A DNA stretch of 64,000 bases, taken from contig MU626270.1 in the NCBI GenBank assembly GCA_025603075.1, forward strand, positions 1-64,000. Direction: 5' to 3'. Each line of letters begins with the position of its first letter. Position 1 is the first letter of the stretch. Shown in pieces: positions 29,772 to 40,227 of this stretch. The stretch comes from Neoconidiobolus thromboides FSU 785. Taxonomy: Eukaryota > Fungi > Entomophthoromycota. Under the pieces are notes generated by a model, which was not told where the DNA came from, searched no databases, and worked only from the letters and a program-made list of their open reading frames with translations. A program made the position numbers and the translations under genes.

Positions 29772-29970
29772 GAGGGTGTTTTTTGGTTTCATCATTTTTT
29801 CCACCTTTAAGCGCTGTTTGAGTGAAAAAATTGTTAGTAAAGTTCTTAAACAAAAAAAGCATCCTACATATGGAAGTGTTTATTTTGACTTCATTACTTT
29901 TTCCGTTTTTTAAACACTACTTAAGTGGGAAATTTGTTAGTAAAATTCTTAAACACAAAAATATATCCCC
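29772..29970 (-). mobile_element. MITE family A copies 13+14, tandem pair
   Basis: 29772-29867 and 29872-29970 joined by a single ATAT; outer flanks ATAT. Confidence 0.85.
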
Positions 29971-30454
29971 ATATAGTAATATATTATATTTTTTCATTTA
30001 TAAAATAAAACTTTCGATTTAAAAGTATAGAATGTACTTTTTTTCTAAGTATAGCTTTTATTTTTGCCATTTTTAAACTTGGAACTTAAAAGCATAAGAC
30101 TTAGTATTTTTATCAAAGCCTTACACTATAAAACATTTTGTAATTTTTTCTTATATTGACGCAACTTTTTCACTCTAAATATTTACATATCTTTAATGAT
30201 TACATGTATAATATTTTTTAGACATTAAAAGGTTTATAACTCTTTTGTTTTGATTGTATTTTTTTAATTTTAGCAAGATATTTAAAACTTGATTTTTGAA
30301 ATACCAAAACAAATTTACTGCTTACAATAATATAGTTTATAATATTTCTTGTTAAATTGTAATAAAAGGTAAAAGATTTTTAATATTTGATTATTTTCTA
30401 TCCACTCTGTTTTATTTTCTTAGTTAAAAATTAATATTGATATCTATCATTATT

Positions 30455-30803
30455 ATTGGCTTAATGCAATACTCTCATAAAGTTTAACCTATTTTTTATA
30501 CGTCAACTCACAAACATAAACAGACTGAAGTTCAATTTCAAAATTGAGATTAGAGTAAAAAATGTTGATTTTATTGGCTAAAATTAGCTGAATTGAGTTA
30601 TCAATTGAGTTCAACTTTAAGCCAATTTTACTTTGGTAAGTCATACATAATCCTTAAGGATTTCTATCTACCAATGAAATTGCTATAATTTGTTTTCTGT
30701 TGGCAATTATTATTAGCTTATTTTCACGTGAAACAAGCGATTGCTTGTTGATAAAAGTTCTAATTTCAGTTATTATTGGCTGTAAGGGCTGAATTAAACC
30801 AAT
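30455..30803. promoter_or_regulatory. Cluster of CCAAT boxes upstream of NHP6
   Basis: ATTGGCT at ~30455, ~30573 and ~30775; AGCCAAT at ~30620; further CCAAT at ~30671 and ~30799. Confidence 0.45.
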
Positions 30804-31087
30804 TATTGTTTCAGGTTTGGCTGATTATTAAGCTTAGACCAGTTAATTGAGTGGGTAAGGAATTTAAAGCGTGAAAATGACAGCTTACAAAGTTACTTCA
30901 GTAAAGCAGAGAAATTTATAAAGGTAAGTGAGTCTTAGATAAAGGACTAAAAATGGTTATTTTAGGCTTTACGAATTTATAGCCTTGCAATTCTGTAGCA
31001 GACGAATTTTATTAATCGTTATTTTGATGAAAGCTTAAGATGTCTAATGAATACAAGCTAATATGAAAAATATTATTAGAAGCAACT

Positions 31088-31533
31088 ATGGCCAAAATAC
31101 CAACGACTAAAACCTTCCGCCAAAGTGATGGAAAAGAAACCAAGAAAAGAACAAAGAAAGACCCAAATAAGCCTAAACGTGGCCTTTCAGCTTACATGTT
31201 CTTCTCACAATCTGAAAGAGAGAACGTCATCAAGGAGAACCCTAACATCTCATTCGGTACTCATTACATTTAACTAAATTTAATCAAACTAAATTTTACT
31301 AAGGTGAAATTGGAAAAATCCTTGGACAGAAATGGAAGGGGATGACTCCTGAGGACAAGAAAGTAAGTTGATATATCTATGTGATAAATAATCTAACCGC
31401 TGTATTAGCCCTTCGAAGACAAGGCAAAGGAGGATAAAGTACGTTACGAGAAAGAGAAGAAGACATATGATGTAAGTATTTTTAAATTAGTTTAGATATT
31501 TTTATTAATTATTAGTCTACCACCACTGCTTAA
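31088..31533 (+). CDS. NHP6: HMG-box non-histone chromatin protein, three introns
   Basis: [35 protein letters not shown]|[19 protein letters not shown]|[17 protein letters not shown]. Confidence 0.93.
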
Positions 31534-32494
31534 ACCTTTACCAGGTGACGCTACAAAGTTTCAACCTTACTATCAGTTCAACTACACCCGTACTTCATTT
31601 GAAAGCCTCTAAATGATTAATTTTTATTATTAAGAATAAACACTTCAAGCTTTTAACTACTTTGTCAAGTTATACAACTTTAAATATAATTATCACGTAA
31701 TTCTTGCATATCTTATACAACTAATACTGTATATGCACTATTAAATTATAAAGAATTAAAATTAAAATTCCTTTAACACTTCTAATAAACATATAGATTT
31801 TATGCAACCTAGTTTGATAATGAACAAATCCATACTAAAACTTTAGTAGATATTATTAAGAATCTAAAGTTGATTTTACTTTGCCAAGCCATATATTATA
31901 TTGAACATATATCTGGTCGATTTAACGCTATTGTGTTTATACTTTGATGTATCAATTTACCAATATCATCAATTTTTTGAGGTTTTTTGCCCAATATACA
32001 TACAATGAATTTTGTACTACAAAGCTTATACTTACACCAATGCAAAAATACAAAAACATACATATATTTACAAACAAATATCAAAATTTAATACAGTTTT
32101 GATTGATTTCTAATCATATAAATCCCAATATTTGGCTGTTTTAGAGTTATAATGATAATAGATTAATAAAGCTAAACTTAAAATATTATCTAAGAATGAG
32201 TTTTTCTAGTAATTATATATATATATACTGTCATACATTTTATATACCCCTTTTAAGGAGCTTGTTTTCACTATTTATAATGCAATCAAAATCTCACTAA
32301 TTTAATATAATTAATGTCTTTCATGCTTTCAGCACTAAAGGTTAATAAAATATATAGTATTTATCATATTGAAGATATAATAAATATACAACAACGGATG
32401 TTATCTAGTTTTTCTCTTGTAGAGTGGCATACTATCAAAACAAAATGTAAAAATGAAGCTTACATAATTAAAGAAATTATTAAATTACAAGACA

Positions 32495-32590
32495 GAGAGA
32501 TATTTTTTTGAGGATTTTACTAATAATCTTTCCGCTCAAATAGCACTTAAAAGATCGAAAAAGTAATGAAATCAAAAAAATCATCCCGAC
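32495..32590 (+). mobile_element. MITE family A copy 15 (degenerate left end)
   Basis: ...GATTTTACTAATAATCTTTCCGCTCAAATAGCACTTAAAAGATCGAAAAAGTAATGAAATCAAAAAAATCATCCC. Confidence 0.75.
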
Positions 32591-33110
32591 ATACTCAATA
32601 TCTCTTAGTTTAAAAGTCTACTCTCTTTATAAGCTTAGCTTTAATTATTAATAAATATTGTATATGGTATATTTGGCGAATTTACAAAGTATAATTTGAA
32701 TAATCATAAAAAAATAGCTAATGCATTTTTAAATAAAAGTGGAAAACATTTTGATACTATCTATAAATATTGTAAAAGTTTGAAGATAGTATATACTTAA
32801 ATGCTACATTACTAGTTATAAGTTAGTTAGGGAAGATAAAACATCAAAGGCTGTAAATATTTTTTAGAAACGTTTTAAGTAGTATCTTCTATGATTCATT
32901 TTTTTATGAACAATCCTCCTTCTAAATAAAAGGCAGTAAAAGGAGATGCTTATTTTTGAGAAGTCATTTTGTTTTATAATCAATACTAAATTTCCTATTT
33001 TGGAAATTTTGACAAAAATAAAAGCAAAACTACTACTTTTTAAAATTTTAACATCTTTGTTAAAGAAATTTATTTTTTTCGACTGTCACAAAGTTCGTAC
33101 TATAATCACA

Positions 33111-33467
33111 ATGACAAAAGATAAACTATTGAATCAAGATGATTTTTATTTACCATATCCTAAAATTGTACTTTTATTAATTGGGTTAATGTTTCAGTTA
33201 GTAACTCAAGTTTTCCCTACATTAACTCCGAGTATTATGGTGCCCTTAAGGGATTCTTTAGGGCAAGAAATTATTCATGTCATAGTATTTTTGACCGTCT
33301 TTATACATGCTCTTGAAGCTATATATGCTTTTTATTTAGCATTAAATTACGGTAACCGCTCATCTATTTGTATCTTTAAGTGGACCATATCTACTTTAAT
33401 CATAGGGTTCCCTTTCCTTTTAGGTTTACGTGAGTCGAATTCCAAATATATCAATAAAAAGAAATAA
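33111..33467 (+). CDS. TMEM254/DUF4499-like small membrane protein
   Basis: FIHALEAIYAFYLA and KWTISTLIIGFPFL motifs; the ATG at 33111 is more plausible than the upstream start in the ORF track. Confidence 0.7.
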   Translation: MTKDKLLNQDDFYLPYPKIVLLLIGLMFQLVTQVFPTLTPSIMVPLRDSLGQEIIHVIVFLTVFIHALEAIYAFYLALNYGNRSSICIFKWTISTLIIGFPFLLGLRESNSKYINKKK

Positions 33468-33598
33468 AAGCCTTAATATTAAAATAGTTTTCTTATTAAT
33501 CTTAATTTAAAAACAAAAATTAATTTTGACCAATCAAAAATATAGTACATATATAAGATAATAGCTATAATCAAGAATTTACTTTTGGTAAAATTAAA

Positions 33599-35001
33599 AT
33601 GCGTCTTACACCAGCTATATTATCTTCCTTTATAAGTGAGTCATTACAGGATGTTAAAAAGATTGAGTTGAAGGATAAAGAAATTAATCATGTTGACGAT
33701 ATTTCTTGTTGTATTAAGTTAAATCGTATCGACTTATCATCCAACCAATTTAGAACTGGTCAACAATTAATAGGTCTTCAATATTGCGAGTCACTTACTT
33801 TCTTAAACTTATCTAATAATCAACTCGAAGATTTATCATTTCTTCCGAAACTTAAGAATTTAGTTACATTGAATTTAGGTAACAATAGGTTGAGGATATT
33901 ATCACAACATGTAACGAATTGCGTTGAGCTAAAAGCTCTAATTCTTAATAATAATCAACTAAAGACAATTGATAACATCTTAAGCTTAAAGAATTTAAAT
34001 AGTTTAGGTACTTTTTTTGCTTTTTATTTTCATTCTTATTCTTATTTTATCAATGGTTTAGTTTTATCTCATAATGATCTCGAAGTTATTCCGAATCTTT
34101 CAACATTGCCTAATCTTACTAAGCTATCAATCTCAAATAACAAACTGAGGGAATTTCCACCATTAGAGGGTTTAACTCAATTGAAGGATCTTCGCTTAAA
34201 CAATAACAAAATAGTTTCAGTACCATCTGAGCTAATCAATTGCCCATCCTTGGCTATGGTAGGCCTATCAAACAATTTAATTAAAGACTTTAGGTAATAT
34301 TATTCCTATTAATTAATATGCCATTTTAAAAAAGGAAAAAGTTGTTTAGAAACGCTCAAAGAGCTATTGAATTTAAAAGAATTAACGTTATCTGGGAATC
34401 CTGTTGAAAAAGAGGAAAGATATGAGGATAAGGTAAATTGAAATAAGATTATAAAATTAGTAGCTAATTTTTTATATAGGTTAAACAAGAGCTTCGTAAT
34501 TTAAGAATCCTTGATAATAAACGATATGATCCAAAATTTTTAGAAAGAAAAGAAAAGATGAATCGTAAAAAAGAGATTGCTAAAAGAGAACTAGAAGAAA
34601 AGCTAGAAAATACTGGATCCAATTTAAACTCTGAATCATCAGAAGTTGAAGGCTCAGATAACGATGAAAAGAAGCCTGTAAATAAGAGGCCTGTAAATAA
34701 GAAGCTTAATACTGAAGCTACAGAGAAAAGTGGTTTGAGGAAATCAATGAGTTTAAGAAATAACCCTAGCGCTTTCAAAAAAGCTAGATATAATAACAAT
34801 AGAGAAAAAGAAGGTAACAAAAACGAAAATAGAATAAACCATAGAGGAAAACCAGCACCATTTAAAAATAGAAATAATAATCAGGACTTTAAAAAGAGAG
34901 ATGGTAAGTCAACTCAAGGAAATAATTTCTCTAAACCTAAGCCAAAATTGGATAAAAGTAAGGGAGCAAAGTCAGATCCTTTCTTCGAGCCAACACTATA
35001 A
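33599..35001 (+). CDS. Leucine-rich-repeat protein (SDS22-like LRRs) with Lys/Asn-rich C-terminal tail, three introns
   Basis: Repeated LxxLxLSxNxL units; LTLSGNPV and LRILDNKRYD LRR cap. Confidence 0.85.
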
Positions 35002-35162
35002 TTTTTTCAGATTCCGAGATTACTTATTGTTATAGAAATAGACCTTTACAATAGATTTTAGTTATTATTATTAAATTTATTAAAATTTGAATATTCAAGA
35101 GTATAATAAATATGATTATATTAAACTAAATTTATAACAGTATTTTTGTAGAATCAAGATAT

Positions 35163-35363
35163 GGGGATGTATTTTTGTGTTTAAGAATTTTATTAACAAT
35201 CTTTCCGCTCAAGTAGCGCTTAAAAACGGAAAAAGTAATGAAATCAAAAAAAAACATCACCATATGGAGGATGTATTTTTATGTTTAAGAATTTTACTAA
35301 TAATTTTTCCACTCAAATAGCGCTTAAAGATAGAAAAAGTAATGAAGCCAAAAAAACACCTCT
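35163..35363 (+). mobile_element. MITE family A copies 16+17, tandem pair
   Basis: 35163-35261 and 35266-35363 joined by a single ATAT; lies between convergent 3' ends. Confidence 0.85.
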
Positions 35364-35525
35364 ATATAGTTTTTTTAATAATCTAGTAAAATTAACAAAC
35401 TATAAGAGTTGACACTTTTAATTAAAAGCTTTATTAAACCTAAAAGTTACTTATAATATATAATATAAAAGATAATTGAAGTAATAAACATAAAACCAAG
35501 ATTGCATAAATAGACAAATAAAAAA

Positions 35526-37369
35526 TTATATCTTTAGCTTTGATAATGAAAGTGTAAGGTATTCATCTGGACTTAACGGCATATTCCCTTTTTTAGAAGG
35601 AGAGCGCTGAAAGTCGGATGGGGTTACAAATTTAGGCTTATAAACATCAAAAGAACCATCATCCTAAAATTTATTAATTTAGTATCATTATAGTAGTACT
35701 GATTACCTGTCGGATAATTGGTAAGTTGGTATCAATTGCTTTTTCGTTTTTGGAAGTAGGACTGAGGTAGATATGATCATAATCTTCCCTTTCTACACCA
35801 TTAGGTGAATCCTTAGGACCTGAAGGTAGAGGACTATTTGAACGAGAACGGGAGGGTTGAGGGGATGGAGGCATTGATCTATCTCCTTAATAAAAATATT
35901 AATAAAAAAGAAACAAATCTAAAGAAAACTTACTACTATTCATGTTATCTTCTTTTGGTGGCATGATAGTTGGAAACTTCAAAAAGTTCATAACATTTGG
36001 CATTATAGAGGATAATATGTTTCCTTTAGGACTTGATGAACTAGAATCACTAGACTCTTTTTTAACTCCATTTGGCTCAATAGAACGACTTGGAATAGAG
36101 ATTTCTTCAGGGGGTATACCTCGAGTCCTGAACCCTGGAGTGGTAAGGGTGGGTGATGTGCTCTCTGCTTTAATTCCGTTACCTAAGTTAATTTTAGCTT
36201 GATTAATTAAAAAGGTGATCTGAATACCTGGAGGCGTAATTGAGCGTGAGTTTTGTATAGACATAGAATTAATATTCATAAGATTATTATCGTAGTAATT
36301 TAACCCCATAGGATCTTGTTTCATAAAATCTTGACTTTGATAACCATATCCATTATAATTGTTGTTAGAATTAGGGGGAGTTGGGAAATTAAATAAGGGT
36401 TGTTCTTGAGACTGCAAATTTTGCTGAAGATGTTCATTTACACCAAATCCAAATCCAAAATTATTATTGTACCCCATTCCAGGGTCATTATATCCATTTA
36501 TCAAAGGTTGAGAATGATTTAAGTAACTTGTCGGATCAAAAAGATTCGGCGAAATAGAGCTTTGATTCATTTGACTATATGAATTAGCATTTGCAGTCGT
36601 TACAGATAACATTAGTGCTTGATGAAAGCTATCAATGATATATCTTCTAAGTTGTGGTTGAGGTATGTCTACAACATTCAAAGGTAAAGCAATTGATGAA
36701 AGCTGATTTTTGAAAGCTGAAAATATTAGTTTGGTTTTTAAGTTGTTATAAATTTACCTTCATCTACTTGAATAGAGCTTTTATATCCTAAACCATATTC
36801 AATTAATTGAACTAATACTTTATCAGTTCCATGATCCATTTCTGGGGTTAAGGCATTGGTATATAAGTCAGCTATTGATGTTAGTAAAAACTAAAGCATA
36901 AAATGGATTAATTACTATGTATTGGTGATTGATTTGATGAATGATTAGAGTTCATCAAAGGCGGAGTAAGTTGGTTATTTGGCGAGGTACTATTATTATT
37001 ATTGTTTCCATGTAGACGATCTTTGTGTCTTCTAATTTCGTGTTCATGCTTAAATTTACTATTACAAATCTATGTCAAATTATATTAGTGAAGAATTGAT
37101 AAAAATTATAATTTTACATCACAAGAATATGGTCTCCAATCTAAATGTGATCTTAAATGAGAGATTATATGCTTTTTCTCATTAGTTTGATAATTGCATC
37201 TATCACCCCAACGACAATCTCGGGGAAGGTTAGGTGGTTGAGCATTGATATGCATTTCCTTTAAGTGATTGAAAAGATCTTTAAACTCAAAGAACCTGGC
37301 ACCGCAATCAACCCATAAACAACATTTAATATCATTAGCTTGCGTTATCTGTTCTGTAAGACTTGACAT
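35526..37369 (-). CDS. Three-finger C2H2 transcription factor, PacC/Rim101-like finger layout, five introns
   Basis: CLWVDC...LFNHLKEMHI, CRWGDRC...HIISHLRSH, RPYSCD|ICNSKFKHEHEIRRHKDRLH; N/Q/P/S-rich C-terminus; final exon DDGSF...LSKLKI*. Confidence 0.8.
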
Positions 37370-37816
37370 TTAAATTATTATTAAAAAAAGCTTTAGATTC
37401 CAAACTTAGATTCGGTGTAATAGTTTAAAATTCAATTTATCATCTTTTTGATTGGATAAACTTTGCTTGACTAAAACTTACAGCTCATGAAATAGTGCTT
37501 CTAATTAAATGTCCAAACATTTAAAATATATATTAATTAAAGGCCATTTTTTTAAAATAGTTTGTACAATGCCTTTGTGATTGAAATCTAAAAGGACTCA
37601 AATATGGCTTTAAATTCTATTTGCCTAGCCAATAATGCCCTTAGATTATAGACAGCTCTGGGACAGGAAAAATTCCGCCTTCAGAAATAATGAAGTTAAA
37701 TTTAATCTCAGATGTTTTTATGTTACTTTCGTAAAAGCTTACAATTAAGCCTTGGGTAACTTCTGCTCTCAATGTAATTATAAAATTTTAAAATAGTTAG
37801 TTTTTGGCTATAGTAT

Positions 37817-38135
37817 GGGAGCATTGTTACACAAATTTGGTTTAATTTTTTGGTGAACAATGGGTTTTACAACATAAAATTAAGATTAATAGCAAATTTT
37901 AAGCTTAAATCTAAAATGATATATCACTTATTTTATCAATTAAATTTATAATAAATTCAAGTTAAGGTTAGGGTTAGAGCTAGTTTGGCGTTAGTCCTAA
38001 GCTAGCGTTAGCATTAGGGCGAAAGTACATTAAAAATATTTCAGCTTTTGATTTATTTGGCGATCTTTTTGAATAATCCAATATTTTTACTATAAGTGGT
38101 TTCTTTATAGGAATCCTATTTGTAACAATGTTCCC
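37817..38135. mobile_element. TIR element family C (~320 bp MITE) with internal degenerate telomere-like repeats
   Basis: Left GGGAGCATTGTTACACAAAT, right ATTTGTAACAATGTTCCC; flanks GTAT/ATAT; TTAGGG-like array at 37962-38020. Confidence 0.7.
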
Positions 38136-38439
38136 ATATTACAAACTCAAAATCTAACACTGAATTTAAAATTTAAAATTTTTATTTTTTTAAAATAGTG
38201 CTTAATTTACTTTAAATAGTATAAAATTCAATAATGTAGGGATTTTTTTATATTTCAATTTAATTTTTAACTAATAAAAAACAAAAATCTCATAAAGGTT
38301 TTGATTTTAAAAACTTTTAAAAAAGGAATTCAAAGAATTCAAAAAAGTCTACTTCAACAATAATGAATTAATTTCTTAATGTTTTTGTTAGATAAAGTTT
38401 TTTTAATAGATACTTTCTTACAAAATAATAGGAAACACA

Positions 38440-38658
38440 CTAGGGCGATTTTGGTTTAGACATGTTTTTATATGTACCATATGCTGCTTTACCAACATCG
38501 TAAGCTGTACTAGCAACCTGTAACGCTGTACTGCCCATTTGAATTGCGGCTGGTAACAATAATAATGGATTTCTTTTGCTGACTTCAGTAAGATGAAGGG
38601 TATGAGGCATAGAATAAGTTAAGGGAATTATGGAAAATAGTATGAAAGCAAACTTCAT
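38440..38658 (-). CDS. Small secreted prepro-peptide (signal peptide, KR site, 43-aa amphipathic peptide)
   Basis: MKFAFILFSIIPLTYS-MPHTLHLTEVSKR-NPLLLLPAAIQMGSTALQVASTAYDVGKAAYGTYKNMSKPKSP; GC content clearly above flanks. Confidence 0.7.
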   Translation of the reverse strand: MKFAFILFSIIPLTYSMPHTLHLTEVSKRNPLLLLPAAIQMGSTALQVASTAYDVGKAAYGTYKNMSKPKSP

Positions 38659-40227
38659 TTGATTAATGTTTAAATTGTATCAGATTAATTAATAGTAATA
38701 ATAAACAAATACGTTATTTGTAATAAAAGTAAAGTTGAATTTGAATTTGAATTTATCTATCACTCGGATTGAATTTATAGTATTTTTTGATTGTGTAAAC
38801 ATTCAGAAATAAAAGTATTTGTCAATAGATTATAGAACAATTCTTTATTAATTACATAAAATGGACTAATTCAATGTCAATACCATTTTTATCTCAATGT
38901 TAAATATTGAAGATCAACTTTAATTACATATTTTGAAAGTGGTAATTTCGAGTAATACTTAATTTTTGATGTTCAGTTATTTTATCATAATATTCTGGTG
39001 CTATGTTACTTTATTCTGTAGAAGTTTTTACTGAAGTGATTAATAATTCCAATATTTTAAGATAAATTAGAGATATAAAAGAAAAAACAAACGAATATTA
39101 AAATTTCAAATTTCAAATTTCAAATGCACTACTTATGTTTTATATTCTTAGTTCATAACATATTTTTAATAACAATAGAGTAGATTGAGGAATTTTTAAC
39201 TATTGAAAACCCATGACAAGAAATTTCTATTTTTATCTTATAAATTAAGAAATTGCATTTTTTTTAAAATATTTTAAAAATTAATAATACAAAACTGAGT
39301 ACTAATGATAATAGTAATAAAATTATATTTTCTATTTTTGTCTATACAGCATTACCTTTTTTCAATAAAAATTTTAATAATAATAAAAATTAAACTAAAA
39401 GCTTTTAGTGGAACTTCTAGTATATTAAAATAGCATTTAAAGTAAAAGTTAAAATATTAAAAAAATACTAAATATACTTAAATATACTTTAATAATAAAA
39501 TTTATTATTGTATAAATTTGTTACTTTATTACATTTATTAAGTCAACATTTGTCTATTTAAACATATTGCTTTTAAAATTATTTTTATTTATTTTATTTT
39601 ATTTTATTTTATACAAATATTTTTTAATTTTAATATTCAATTTAGTTATTAATATCTTAGTGAAATTTATTAAAGTCAATATCAAATTTTTCTCAATAAA
39701 ATGATAAAGCATATTAATACTATTTCACATATCACTCTATACTTATCAATTTTTTTAATAAGATAAAAGTGATTTAGTTTAATAAATTCCTTTTTACTTT
39801 ATTATAAAAATTATTTTTAAATGTTGTTTTAGCTTATATGAAAAAATTAATTATAAAACATTGTTGATTTTAAAAGTATTTCATGTTTATTTGTCTATCC
39901 TTATTACTGTTGCTTTTCTTTTTTATGTCTAAAAGAATGATTATAAAGTAAAACTCATTTTTTCTAAAATTTAATTTCTATTAAAATAGATAAATTGAAG
40001 TTAAATTATTTACTGATTTTATTGTTCTCTCCCTTGTCTCTTACTTTAATATTTATCTAATGTATCCTCCTATTTCTTTATATTTTATTGAATTAATAAA
40101 AAAGCTGAAATTTTCAAAATTTTTATCCCAATTTATTACTAAAAATAGGTATTGTTCCCTAATTTAACTTAATCCAAAATTTTCGAAATTTCAATCTTTC
40201 ATTTTCTTTTCAATTTTTAGCATTCAA

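Noticed and set aside
29822-30022. 66-aa ORF resembling the start of ORF 404..700
   Set aside because: The similarity comes from MITE family A sequence, not from a protein family
31517-31612. Coding-looking alternate frame [19 protein letters not shown] after the NHP6 last intron
   Set aside because: Would need a ~24-nt intron; the normal acceptor gives STTTA*
40100-40130. RRPE-like TGAAATTTT motifs upstream of UTP21
   Set aside because: Fits the gene class, but such motifs are expected by chance at this AT content
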